Positions 13,919 through 27,536 of a stretch of DNA of 64,000 bases are shown piece by piece. The stretch is from Paramecium tetraurelia (Eukaryota): the NCBI GenBank assembly GCA_000165425.1, contig CT868014.1, positions 1 through 64,000 on the forward strand, written 5' to 3'. A program made the position numbers and the translations under genes. The stretch's first letter is position 1. Each line of letters begins with the position of its first letter. The notes below the pieces were generated by a model, which had not been told where the DNA came from, searched no databases, and saw only the letters and a list, made by a program, of their open reading frames with translations.

Positions 13919-16900
13919 ATGCTTGCACAAAAGTAGATTCCTAACAAATTCTTATTGGCTAAGCTCAAGGAAGCTGAAGAAAGAAACGATTCTCAATCAG
14001 TTCCCTCATTTATGAATCAAACTGTTACTATCAATAATCAGCATATAAGCGATTAAATTAGAAAGGCCAAGAAAGAGGCTGTAAGTTTGCACACAAGTTG
14101 TAAGTCAACATAACATTCGCCTAAAACTTCATTAGACCTTTCAGAATTTATTAAGCAAACTAAAATCTAATAAATGACACAATAGAAACTGTTGATGGAG
14201 AAAAAGTTCTCACAACTTGCAATCTCCAAGGTACGGGATGATGTGAGTCATTTTTATGATTAAATTAAATCGCCGAATACAACAAGTAAGTCAATTTTCA
14301 TAAATAGGGGAGTAACGCAGCTTTTAGCCAAGACGTTAAAGAGCTACGTTCCACAAAAAATCACAAAGCGGTTAACAAATTCATTTGATAGATATGAAAG
14401 AATGTTAAAAATTAGAAGATGGCTTGAATAAAGAAATATCATCTTTACATACAGAAGATCCAGGAGGAAGAGTTTAGAGCATATAGTTAAGAGATTGGTT
14501 TTAAAAATAATAAGGCGATGATTTAATTCCCATATTGACAGTTACTATGAACGAATTAGTTAAATCACTGAAAAAAGAATGTTTAGAAAGAGGAGAATTG
14601 GTTGAATAAATTTGGTCGAAAGTTATTTAAATGGTTAATAAGATTAAATTTGATTCTGAAATTTTAGTTAAAAAAAACGATGTATTAGTAATGGATGAAT
14701 AAGCCAAAGTATTTTACATTTATTAAGAAAAAATGTCAAGTTTGTAGAATTAGATCTAAGAAGTCTCTCTCAAATACTCCTAAGAAGTTACTCAACATAA
14801 TGTTTGTAAATAGGAATATAAGGAATTGGAGATCAACTTTAAAAAAAATAGATCATAATTAAATGATCTAAGAAAAATTGCATCTTTTTTATAAAAAAAA
14901 TTGAAACAATCTCATCAAGAAATAGAAATACTAAATAGAAAGTTATAAACAATTACTTAAAAACAATTAGAATCCTAATAATAAATACATAGAGATATCA
15001 ATAGTACTCTCTAACAGGTTCATAGTTAGAGAATATTGATAAATCAAGAGAGCATGTTCTCATTAAAATAATCATAATAATTATAACCTCCTTCTTTAAA
15101 TTAAATATAGCAATCTCAACAACAAAAGGTGTTGCAACATATCATCAATTCGAGCTAAGTTTAAACAGGGTAAAGAATGTCATATTTGGGCAATTCTTAA
15201 GTACAAAAATCTTAACAGGAGAAGTCAAGTTCTTCTGATGAAGATGATTTGATGGATGGATTGTTAGATGATAAAAATATCATAGAAATGGACAACATGG
15301 TTATGAATATGGATAAGATTATTAAAGTGGCTTGTGTGGAAACCTAAGTTGAAACAGACATACTTCATTTATATTAGAGAACCCAAGAGATACAAACAAA
15401 TATTACTATGATGGCTAAAGATTTCAATTTAATAACTGACTCTTAAGTAAAAATCTAGAATGTAGTTGAGTAATTTAAATAAAGAAGTCAAGTTGAAGAG
15501 ACACTCAAATTATGCGAAGATAAGACAAACAAATCGTTTTCAGGGAGATAATTGAATTAAATAATAGAATCGAAATTTCTTAATAAGGAGTAGCCATCTC
15601 CTGGAGTTTATAAATAAAATTAAATACGATAAGACTCATTTATATCTAAAAAAGGTGTAAATTAATCAAATGAATATGTTACAAGTAATGATTAGAGTAT
15701 GGATATCAATTCTGATAGATATGTCGACTTTGAAAAAGTTAAGACACTTGTTTTGATGATGCAAATTTTAGAAAATAAAAACAAGGAACTGTAATATATT
15801 ATTGATTAAATGAATGAAAAATGCAACAAACATATGCAAGAATTGGAAGATGCTAGAAGTAGAGCAGTGTCTATTAGTACATTTAAAATCTTAAAAGAAC
15901 AATAATAATAATAATAATAATAATAATTGACATCATAATATATTGATGGAGAATCTTCTCCCGAATAGTATGCCAAATTTAATTCGTCCTAAAAAATGAT
16001 AAAGCGCCAAAAAGATAATAAAAAATTGAATTAGGCAAAGTTAATCTTCAAAGGTCCTTAATTAGGTCAGAAAGTTAATATAATCTATGAATTTTAGAAA
16101 GTGAATGCTGGGCCACAATTAGTTGAAAAAATTAAATTAAAGTAATTGCCTAAAATTAAGCATTTTATGCCTTTAAAGTTACTCTTGAAACAAATCACTG
16201 TTATTTATTAGGATAGAATACAACAGCAAAAGGATAATCAAGCCTTTAAAGATTAGGATATGGCATCATTTGTATACAGTTACTTTTTACAATAATTTGG
16301 GATAAAAAGGATAGCAGAGTAAAAGTTCTTAATTCTGATAGTTTCAGTTAAACATTATAAATAAATAGTAAGAATAAACAATTTTGCAAAATTCTTAGGA
16401 TTATTTGATGATTGTGTTAATTACTCAATAGATGAGATGAAAAAATATTTGGAATCATTTGATTATGTTACTAATATTTCAACACTTGGTATTTAAATTC
16501 CAGACCAAGATTCCGAGGTCAGATACTTTGTACCATATGTCAGAGCATAATAATACATAGGGATGTTTGCAGATTCAAGAATGACAATTGAAGAAAAAGA
16601 GGAATTAAAAAAGGAATTAGATTTACTAAAAGAAGTGGATACAAAAACATCAAATAGGTAGTCAGTAATAGATTTTGATTAATTTATGATTCAAATGTTT
16701 GTCAAATATAAAATATTAGTAAGTAGAGCCAAAGAGTATGTTATTAACGCATTTGCTGCATGTGATTTAGGTAACCAAAATAGCATATATTAACTTAGAT
16801 GGTAATGGGATGTGTAATTTTGAAGAATGGTATTTATTGCTTAGACATATAGAACCTGATAGATTGACTAATGATGAAATTTCTGAAATATTCTTCACAA

Positions 16901-17416
16901 ATGCTGATTTATTAATTAAGGGAGAGTAGAATTTTTCATTTGAAAAGTTTGCAGTTGTATGTGTTGAGTATGGATTATTTTCAGAAGAGGCATAAAATTC
17001 ATTTTTATAGATAAAAGGGACAAAAACAGAGATTATGATACAAGTACAATAATTGTTAAAAGTATTTATAGTTTTAAAAATTAATTGATGGATGGACAGG
17101 ATAGAGAAAGACAATAGAATAAAGATTTGAATAGGTGACGTTACTGGAAACAGAGAAAATAGATTCCTGGAGAGCGATAATTGAAACTCTAGAGAGAAAG
17201 ATACTGGATCTGAAGGAACATTTGACTTAAGCTGGAGTTGAAAAGAAAGTCAAGCCTCTTTTGATTGCTAATTTACTATTGAATAAAGAATCTGAAATGC
17301 TGTTAGAATTACAAGAGGATATTGATGATGATGGATCACCTAATGCTAAGGCATTTCAATAAAATTTTGCATCAAACGGGTCAATTCGTATACAAATGGA
17401 TATTATAAAGGAATGA
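13919..17416 (+). CDS. Large coiled-coil protein with C-terminal EF-hand
   Basis: Long Q-rich open frame; spliced AFAACDLDGNGMCNFEEWYLLL EF-hand loop; three tiny introns. Confidence 0.8.
15900..15926 (+). repeat. (TAA)n microsatellite encoding poly-Gln
   Basis: CAA followed by 8 TAA codons in frame inside the CDS. Confidence 0.85.
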
Positions 17417-17435
17417 TGAATTAAAATTAATATAT

Positions 17436-18718
17436 ATGTTTTCATCACTATCTGCTGGTTATGATGATTTATGGAAGGCCATAATTCGACCTCCAAGAGA
17501 CAACGAGTATACTGAGTAGGATTTAGGTAAGATCAGTTTCTTTACTTAGGCCCTAGTCAATTTAAAATATAAGGAGTATTGATTAAGAGAACGGACATCC
17601 AAATCAAAAATAAAAGAGGACTAAAATTGGAATGCTCATTTTTTGAGCCAATGAAAAAACCATGTGAGTAATTGCCATGTGTAATATACTTGCACGGTAA
17701 TAGTAGTAGCAGATTAGAATGCTTGTCATCTTTGGATGGGCTTCTATAAGTATTGAGATATTTAAATATGACAAGCAATATATCTAAGTGTTTAGTTTTG
17801 ATTTTGCTGGTTGTGGTAAATCGGAAGGCGAATATATATCCCTAGGTTGGTACGAGAGAGATGATGTTGAAACAATAGTGGACTGGTTACGTTAAAGCAA
17901 CAAAGTCTCTACTATAGGATTATGGGGACGATCTATGGGAGCAGTTACTGCTTTAATGCATGCAGATAGAGACCCGAGTATTGCTGGTTTAGTTTTGGAT
18001 AGTGCATTTTCAAATTTAAAGACTTTGGCAGAAGAATTAGCAAAGTAATATGCTCAAAAAGTGCCCTCTTTTGCTATCTCAGCTGGATTGTCAATGATAA
18101 GGAAAACGATTTAATCAAAAGCCAATTTTGATATTGAAAATATCAATCCACTCAAGAATCATGTTGCGAAGGCCTTCATTCCTGCATTTTTTATTGCTGC
18201 CGATGAAGATACTTTTGTGTTGCCTCATCACACTAAGAAATTACATGAAGCTTATGCAGGAGATAAAAATATTGTACTTGCTTTTTATTTTATTTTAAAT
18301 AGTCAATAGTTCCTGGGGATCATAATTCTAAGAGGCCATCCTATGTGATGAACTCAATAGCAATTTTCTTTTACAACACTCTATAAGTGAAGCATTTAGT
18401 TCCTGAATACAAGGTATTTTATGTTAGTATTATAAATAGCCAGATTTAGAGAAAATAGACAATGACTTCCAAAATGATGAGGCAAATTTTCTATATAAAT
18501 ATCAAAACCATGTTGGAAATGCATTTTAAGTTTAGGGAGCTATGAATGAATTTGATGATGATGAAGAATTAAGAAAAGCCATAGAGGAAAGTCTAAAAGT
18601 AACTAATTCCGAATCTAACCAATAAAATTAAGAAAACGCATAAAATAGGCCATAGGTTTAACCATATAAACAACCTGAAGACCTATTAAAATTTTCAGAT
18701 GATGAGAGTTTGTTATGA
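17436..18718 (+). CDS. Alpha/beta hydrolase (YqkD/ABHD-like) with C-terminal UIM-like motif
   Basis: CVIYLHGNSSSR, FDFAGCGKSEGEYISLGWYE, nucleophile LWGRSMGA, PGDHNS; tail DDDEELRKAIEESLK. Confidence 0.9.
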
Positions 18719-18732
18719 AAACATGATTAAGA

Positions 18733-19831
18733 TCATTCGTTTAATTTATCAACTATTTCACATAACACTTATGAGGTTTATCTGAATTATTTTGGTATTT
18801 ATGATAGTTATCCTAATCTTTGTTCTATATTTTCCAATTCTTCATGAGGCTTAAATCTCTGCATAGCCAAAGTAGAGACTGATAGTTTTTAATCCTCCTC
18901 TCTCATTCCCAATTATTCTCTTAACTTTGAAATTTCACTTTCTTCTATCAAAATCTAAGATCAATTCCTTTATATATATACATTATCACTCATTCTTTTG
19001 ATTGCATTCAACTTATTTTATAGTAACAAACTCTCAATTGCCTCAATCATATATGTGAGATCATCCAACAAGGACAAATCAAATTTATCTATCATTCTTT
19101 ATTCTCCATTTATATACTGTATCTCTCGAATACAACACATTTTGGCTATGTCCTAAAAATCTACTAAATCATCGGCTGATTATTTTAATAAGATCTTTTT
19201 TAAATTCTTTTTCATACCGATTAAATTTTTTACTACTTAAAACATCTTTCTTGAATTATTTAAATATTCCTAAAATATAATTTAATCTCTGTACTTTTAA
19301 TTAATGTAAATTATGTATTAAATTAAATATTTATTTACTAAAATTAATGTATTGCTAAGCATAAGGATTCTTTATGGTTTGCAAAATTGAATATTATTTT
19401 TTTTATTCCTGCTATTCTTTGACTTTCTTAAATCTTTATATTAAAGTTTAGCTTTCTAGTTTCATTATTTCAGTTTCAGTACGGATTTTTTTCATTACAG
19501 CCTATTTTGTTGGCTATTTAGATTTCCTAATCGAATGAAGATGATCTAAGTAATCATGCAAATTTTATTCATCACTTCTCTATATTCTAGGAGTAAGAAT
19601 TGGTAACAGTTTTTATCTTGATGTTAATGAACTTTCTGCGTTAATGCTACTCTCATTTCCAGGCAAGGCAGTGATATTGAGAGGAGGAATTTTGCTTGAA
19701 TTTCCTTGTCTAATACGAGTCACCGATTAAAATCTTTATATTGGTCTCAAAGAAGAGGATTTATGAGCAGTGATAGTTTCAGAATGTTTGAATGTTGGAA
19801 GCACTAGATGATTTTTATATATGAGACTCAT
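18733..19831 (-). CDS. Hypothetical protein
   Basis: MSLIYKNHLVLPTFKHSE... open frame with small introns, TGA at 18733-18735. Confidence 0.65.
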
Positions 19832-20791
19832 TAAAAATTATATAATTTTTATCTTCTCTTTATTCTTACTTTATTTATATACACATATATTCACTAAATT
19901 TCAACTTATTATAACTCTTGATATTTTGTGATCCTACTCCTCCATTTATCTCCAAATATTTATAAACAGCTTTTTTATCAAATTCTTAATGATCAATTAT
20001 TTTACCTAAGTTGTTGCTTGAACAAAAAGCTAACCTTGATGGATATTTACATTTAGTCTAATTTATATCGATATCAAATTCAATTTTTATCTAATTAAAC
20101 CCATAAAGAAATTTTGAACTAATTGATATACATAAATCACAATTTAAAGGGAAATGAATGAAATACCAATTCCCATAAAACTTTACTTAATAGTTGACTG
20201 GTAAGTAATATTTCATATATTAATATGAATATCAATTAACAATAGTTATTATTAATTAATAACATTTAAAAATATTCTTAATATTTATCAACTCCTTTTT
20301 CGTCAAAAACATGCTTCTTATTTTTTCGCTGAAATTGTCAACAAAGCGCATTGAATTAATGAAATCTAAATTTTCATTCAACTTCAATGGTTCTCAACAA
20401 TATTAAGCTTTTTATCTATCTCAAACAAGTCTATGATTTTTATGAGAATTAAAATAATAATCACTGTTTGGTTAATTATTATTATTTTTATCAGACAAAG
20501 TTTTATGCAAATTTTAAGATATTATCATATTCTAAGTATTATTAGATAGAGTATCCTCAAGCTAATTAACAGTTCTATTAACATTTAGGTATTTTAGAAA
20601 TTCTGCAATAATTGTATTCCATAATTATTGCTAGAAAGTTCACTTAGATAAAGTAATATAATTTATGCATATGTCAACATTCACTCTTAGAACTTTGAAA
20701 CCCTTTACTTTTTTATAACGACTTACTTAAAATATGAAAAAAATGGTGGCAATTAAATTTAATTTATAAAAATTATTGATGTAAATTGTTT

Positions 20792-23700
20792 TCATAAAAG
20801 TTAATCTGCATCAGGTACTTCTTCCTTATTAATAGATTATTACTAAATTAAATTTATGAAATTTTTACAAATATTCCAACGCTGTTAAATAACTTATCCT
20901 CCATTAGTTCTGCCACTGGATCATCAGGCAGTTTTTCATCCTCCTCAACTTAAATTTACATAGGTTTACTTTAGCCTAAGGCAGGATTAGTAAATTTGTC
21001 ATGATCAGTGCCATCCTCAAACTTTTCATCGCCATATCCATCCAATTCATCCACATTCATGGTCTTACCAACTTATGCTTGATTTTCTCTTTATACTTCT
21101 TATGACACTTGCTATTTAATTTAAGGCCTATTATTCTTTTATTAATTCTCTAATTCTCTTTCTTTTTTCTTATCTTCTAAGATCTTTTTACCTTCTTCTT
21201 TCTGTTATCTCTTTTTGTATGCTTTTTGAATTTTAACAGCTACATCATCAAGCTCTTGCTACTCCTTTAATTTCAAATCTTCCTCCTTTTTTTTTAAATC
21301 TTCCTCTTTCTTTTTTAAATCTTCAATTCTTTTTTCTTCTTTTAGCTCTTCTAATAATTTCTTCCCTTCTGATTTATTTTTTTTGTGTCTGTAAGCACCT
21401 TATATTCTTGATGCTGCCATATTAATTTCTTCTTCTTTAGCTTCAATTTCTTTTTTAACTTCTAATTAATCATCAAGCTCTTATTCGAATTCAAAATCAT
21501 AATCATCCTCATTATTTTTTTTATCTTTAGAACCTTTTTTATTATTTTTAGAGATTGAATCTCTTTCATTTCTTTTGCTTTCCAACAACTATTTAGTTTC
21601 ATCTGCTTGCTTTTTATCTTTAGAGGCTTTCTAGTTTTTCAAAGCCTTTTCCTCCTCCTCTTTCTTTTATTTCTCTTCCCTCTCCTTCTATCTTCTTATC
21701 CTGTCCTCTTCTTTTTGCTTTTAATCATTAACAAATTTTTCTCTCTTTTTTTATTCTAACAATGCTTTAGCCTCTGCAATTTGTTTCTTTTTTTAATATG
21801 CTAGTTATATCTTCAAGGCAGCATCCTCTTCTTCTTTTAATAGTTTTTCTTTCTCTTCTTATTCTTTTAATAATCTTTACCTTTCTAACTCTTCCTATTC
21901 CTTTTTGGCTTACAACTCAGCTTAATATTATTCCTTTTCTTTTTTTTTCTATTCCAATATTTTCTTACCCTCCTCCTTCTGCTTCTTCTGTTTATAGGCA
22001 TTTTAGATCAGCAATGCTTTCTCTTCTTCCTCTTTTCTTAATTATTCTTCATATTTCCTTTATTCCTCTTCCTTCTATTTTTATTTTTATTCCTCCTCTT
22101 ACCTTTTTCTTTCCTCTTCCTATCTTCTTAATTAATCCTATTTCTTTTTTTATTCTTCCAAAATTCTCCTTTACTCTTCCTCCTATCGTTTATTCTCCTC
22201 CTATTATTTCTTCAATTACAATTCCTACTTCTACTTCTTTTCTTTTTCTTCAAGGTATTATCTCTTCTTTTCTTTCTACTACTCTAGAATCTTTTTACCC
22301 TCCTCCTTTTACTTTTTCTTCTTATAAGCAAGTTATATCTTCATAACAGCATCCTCCTAATCTTCTAAGTCTTCTTATGGCTTTAATTAATAATCATCAA
22401 ATTATTCCTAATATTCTTCTTCAGCATCCTCCTATTTATCCTATTCTTCTTCTAACTTACCTGAATTCTATGAAATTTTATCCTCATCTCTCTCAAAGTA
22501 ATCATCATAATTTTCCTCTTCTTCATTGTGCTTTTTATTTACTTTTGCAGGTTATTAATTAGGATCGTTGTCAATAATTTAAGATGAATTTCTAGCATTA
22601 CTTCTCATCTTAGCCTATTTGGAAGTATCTGAATTCTAGGTTTATATTTTAATATAATCGTTAGAACTGTCTTGTTTTTAAGTATTAGGAGGAGAATTTT
22701 ATTTTTATTATTTTTCCAATTGCATCTAGCGATTCTCCTTAAAATCGTCTCTAAAGAATTGTTCCCATTATAATTAAATTAAATCCCTGTACACTTAATA
22801 AATGTGTATAAATAATTAATCTTTTTACAACTCTGTAATTGATATTTGTGACTCTATAATTAATTATTCAAATTATCTTATATTGATGTACTCTTAAGTT
22901 TAAAATTTCTACTTAAATTTCCTTGTAAGTTCTTCTTTATTTTTTAGTAATGTCTATGAATAAGATAAATATTGTATTTACTTTTCGAACTTCTTAATAA
23001 ATTGATGATCCATCATAAGTGATGTATTCTTGAATAAGAGACAAGATCATATTTTTGAATCTATTGGCACTTATCATTTTTTGAATTGGTTAATCATATC
23101 CATCACTTTTGAGCAATGCTTTTGCAAATTTTTAAGCTTTGACTGCATTCATATCTAATTTGGTCTTTAAAAACTCAACGACTCCATTCTCATTTAATCT
23201 ACCTTTATTCAAAGTGGACAATTTCTAAAATGGTTTGAATTTAATACTTCCTTGAATTTGGCAAAGGGTATATTATCCAAATACAATTAACAACGTATTT
23301 CATCAGCATAACATTGTGCTAATTCTTAATCTAGTAGAATAGAATCTGTACTATTATTTTACCTTAATTGCTCTTATTACTATTGAAACTATGCTATTTG
23401 TTGTTATTAAGAATTAGTATTATTTTAATCCTTGGGACTATATGATTGCTATTATTATAAATTCCTGCCTTGTTTCTATTCTAATTGTTTTCTATTGTCT
23501 GATTAAAACTTCTTCAATTGTTACTCCAATTTTTGTATTTTCTCCTTGTATTCTTCAACTAAGTAATTCAATTTGGTCCTCTCCTCTATATCCTTGTCGA
23601 TCTCCTCCTAACTGATTACATATTAACCATTAGCTCCTCGCTTCTTGAATGCTTGTAGTTTTTGATTCAACAACTAAAGATCTCTGCCTTGCTTGTTCAA

Positions 23701-24655
23701 TGATTTCTACTATTGCTGAACTTGATTTTCCAATTAGGTATTCCTCTCCTCATAAAGTCTATGATTATAATCAATAAGGGTTTTACTTGACAATCTGAAC
23801 TAATTCCTAATTGTCCTTGAGATAGGTTTCATTCTATTGTTGCAAGTCTTTGACAAATTCATTATTTTGAGTAGACTCCTGAGCATGACTATGATATAAA
23901 TAAGTATACTTCTATTATTATTGGAGGATGTCGTCTCTTTCTTTTAGTAATTCTCTCAATCTTTAGAGTTCTTCATAGACTTCCCTGATTTCAGCCTTGA
24001 TTATGAGGTATTGCTTACATCGAGCTCTTAGAATTTGCTCACTTTAGCATTTTTCTTAAAGTTCTAAATAGTTATTTCCTTTTCTCTCAACTCATTTTGT
24101 TGCTCCTTGATTTGCCTCTTCATTTAAAGAAAGAGTGATGTCTAAGAATATCAATATGGAATTCAAACCTCAACTCCCAATTTCATTTGCACATTTTTCA
24201 AATTACCATTATTTTGAAAATCCTCTATGATTCTCTCATATTTTTGTATTGTTTTCTATGATTAATTTGTTAGCAATACTTCTTGTTATAAAATGGTAGT
24301 CCTCAATTAATAATTATCCGTCTTCAAGTGGTTGATTTATGTTTTAGCCTAGGATAAATGCTCAAAAAGTCTTTCCTTATCAAACACTTCCATATTATTC
24401 CTAAAAAAATCAGTTTCTTGTTAAATCTATCTCGCCCTGATTTCATTCTAACCACTCTGTGGTCTCTCCTCCATCAAGTTATTCACTTTAACCTTTTTCA
24501 CACTAATTACAATAAATTAAGTTACATTTTAAATCCTTTAACAGAATTTCCATAAGCTTGGTTAGAAGGCACTTTTTAACTAGGATTTTTGGCTGATTGG
24601 GCTCGAATTGCTTTCTATTAATTTGAATACAGCTATATACTTATCTTTCGGACAT
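20792..24655 (-). CDS. Large coiled-coil protein with multiple IQ-like motifs
   Basis: E/K/Q-rich helical repeats; DAVMKIQLAYKKKK, DAALKIQLAYQKKK, AASRIQGAYRHKK, DVAVKIQKAYKKR. Confidence 0.8.
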
Positions 24656-24753
24656 CTAAATTATTAATTTATTATATTTATAAAGCAATTATATTTTATA
24701 TAGATATTATATGATTGATCAAAGATCAAAGAGCGTTAAATAAGTAGTAAAGG

Positions 24754-25429
24754 TCATTTATTCACTTTAAAATGCACTTTTTTTTGAGAAAGCTTATCAT
24801 TGCTTGGCTATCCTTTTTTAAATTGGCTGTACTTCATTTCCTACTTTAAAATGCTTTTCACAGATTTATCGTCAGCACTTTGGCTTCTTTGACTTTCCAT
24901 CTCTTCTTTTATCATTTCTTCTTTGTTCACTTGATATTCGCTAATCGATTTTAACTTATCAAGTCTTTTCGAATCAAAAGACCTCAATGAATTTTTAGGT
25001 TGGAAATCGCCCAAAGGAGAATCGTTCTTCTTTTTCTTTTTCAACGAACTTTGAGAAACCATTATGTCTTCATTGGCTTCTTCAATTTTTTAAGGTATAT
25101 CATCGAATTGCATAACAATCTCTGCTACCAATTAAATATCCTTATTTGATAACTATTCTGATTCTTGTTTGCTATGTATAGATTTATTATCAGCAAATGC
25201 AGGTGTCGATGGATCATCTATTCGAAATTGACCATGCACCCCTTTTTATTTTTGAATCGGAGATCTTCACAATAGTCAATTGGAATAAATACAAATGTTT
25301 GTTTCTATTCTTGTTCCCATCACTTGGATTATTGGGATCCTTTGAAGAATGAGAAGTATCTTTCATTCCTGTTGCTAACTCTGACGCCTGCTCTATTGTA
25401 TTAACAGAACAACACTATGAGCTTCCCAT
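24754..25429 (-). CDS. Small predicted myristoylated/palmitoylated protein with SILK and RVxF-type motifs
   Basis: Starts MGSSQCCS; ends KSVKSILKQEMKYSQFKKGQPSNDKLSQKKVHFKVNK*; one intron. Confidence 0.75.
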
Positions 25430-25607
25430 TTAATAAAACAAATAATAATCAATTAGAACTAGATAAAATATTTATAAATTAGATATATTATATTAATTAA
25501 TGAGTTTCGCTTAGGATTTTAAGAATATTTAATTATAAAAAATTATATCGAAATTAAACTATTAACCTTACTTAAATAAGATGAATTAATTTGAATAATA
25601 TGATGTA

Positions 25608-27350
25608 TCAAACGAGGAATTCTCTAATTTATTCTATGATTTATCTATTTGCAGATTCAGCAGCATTCACTCCATTGCTTCTCATGCCCATGTTCTAGAA
25701 TCCGTGGGGAAGACTTTCAAATACTTTTAGTTTGATATTCTCTAATCCATTATCTTTGCAATAATGAACGAATTCTACAGAGTTATCCAATAATACATCA
25801 TCAGATCCCACAAAGATAACAAAATCTTTGGGAAATTGTTGTATAACTTCCTGGGGAGTTAGAATGGGAGATGCATAATAATCATTTGGTAGATCTGATT
25901 GATTCTTAAGATAACTCTATCTACACAACATTAAGAGTCCCATGGGTATCATTTGATCATTCATGCTTTTGAGATTAGAAGGCACTACATCACAAAGATT
26001 CAAATTGACAGCAGGGTATTGTAAGACAATTTTATCCGGGACTCTTTGATTTGTCTCTATTGCTCTAATCACTATTCCCAAAGCCAAATTACCACCAGCA
26101 GAGTCTCCAATCAAAATGATATTTTTAGGTGAGATATTGAAATAGGCAGAACTAAAATGAACAATCCACATGTAATATTGCCAGCAGTCATCAAGAGCCA
26201 ATGGAAATGGATTCTCAGGGGCCAAACGATAATCAATTGAGAAGACGACTGTATTAGCCAGTTGATTAACCCATTTTCTGGTGTATGATTAATGAGAAAA
26301 GGAAGACATAGAGATGAATCCTCCTCCATGTATGTGAATGATTACATTCTACATAGTATGTACACCCAATTCTCCGATCTCATTCCTTGATGAAATACAA
26401 CAACCTCCAAAAAAGTTAGACGACTACTACAGTTATTGTATATGTTATGTCCTTTGAATTTGGAATTCACTTTTGGTCAAATTTCTTACTGCCTATACAA
26501 AATCTTAATTAGATATTTTTTGCTTAAAGATTTACTTATGACACATCACTCTAACTCTAATGTCATAGTCATTCTGTTTCTTTCTGATAGTTCTGAATGC
26601 TACCTAATAGAGTAAATTTTTAGGAATATCAGTTGAATTGGTATTACAATGATGCAAAGTATCTAAGGTAATTTGATTGAATAATCTTGGAATATAGATT
26701 ATTTTCTTCAGTTTCACTTATTCCAATTGTAATTTATATCCGGCTTTTACTATTTTGGAGTCGTCTATAATTCTCCACAATTGCAAAGCATGTTCAAGTG
26801 TTGGATTAGTGATTATTTCTGTGGCAGCCAGATCGGTTTCCTCTTGGTTTGATAAATAATAAAGAGCCTTCAAGTTCCTAACTACACATTACATGAATTA
26901 AGATTGATATTGTTTCCCAGAATTTATGTATGCGTGTCCCAAAGATACTTTTTGATAGAAATTTCTTAATTACTATTTGACATTCCCAGGTTCATCCAAT
27001 TTGATTACTTCGATATTCGGAATATTCATATATTCTTCGTCATTGAAAATAGTATTTTTTGGTTTTTTGTTGATATAAGGCAGCATCTCAGTAACTTTCT
27101 TTATTTTTTCAAGTTCAAAAGCCAATTTTATTTAGTTACCTCTGTTGTCTTCCATATCTGACAATTCATCAATTTTTGAAAGCACATCATTCTAAACAAT
27201 ATTCAAACATCTCTTCACGAATATTTTGTTTCCATCTGAGGAATTCACTTTCTCTATAGTACTTTTGAATTGATTTAGAGTTTAAATGATTTTTTAATTA
27301 TTTGTTTTCTATATGATAGCTGTTATATTGATAAATTCTTCTTCAGTCAT
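25608..27350 (-). CDS. Hormone-sensitive-lipase (GDXG) family lipase/esterase
   Basis: IHIHGGGFISMS, SIDYRLAPENPFP, LIGDSAGGNL, LPHGF. Confidence 0.92.
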
Positions 27351-27480
27351 TTATTTTATAATATATATTTTTATTAAAATATCATGGATTCATAAATACA
27401 TCATCCTAAGTCCTTGACATAACCAAACATCACTCCCTCAATAAACCTAAATTTTATATAGTAATATTGATCTTAATGCT

Positions 27481-27516
27481 TAATTACTATAATTACTATA
27501 ATTACTATAATTACTA
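27481..27516. repeat. Tandem 9-bp repeat (TAATTACTA)x4
   Basis: taattactataattactataattactataattacta, 20 nt upstream of the ATG at 27537. Confidence 0.85.
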
Positions 27517-27536
27517 TTATTAATTTATTAAATATA

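Noticed and set aside
19780..20216. Minus-strand ORF MKYYLPVNYQVKFYGNW...
   Set aside because: No motif, and it runs out of frame into the next gene; not supportable
21798..22562. Hydrophobic plus-strand ORFs resembling membrane proteins
   Set aside because: Antisense shadow of the E/K/Q-rich coiled-coil gene on the minus strand
27481..27516. Short direct repeats as CRISPR-like or telomeric array
   Set aside because: No spacers, no C4A2/C3A3 telomere motif; simple minisatellite
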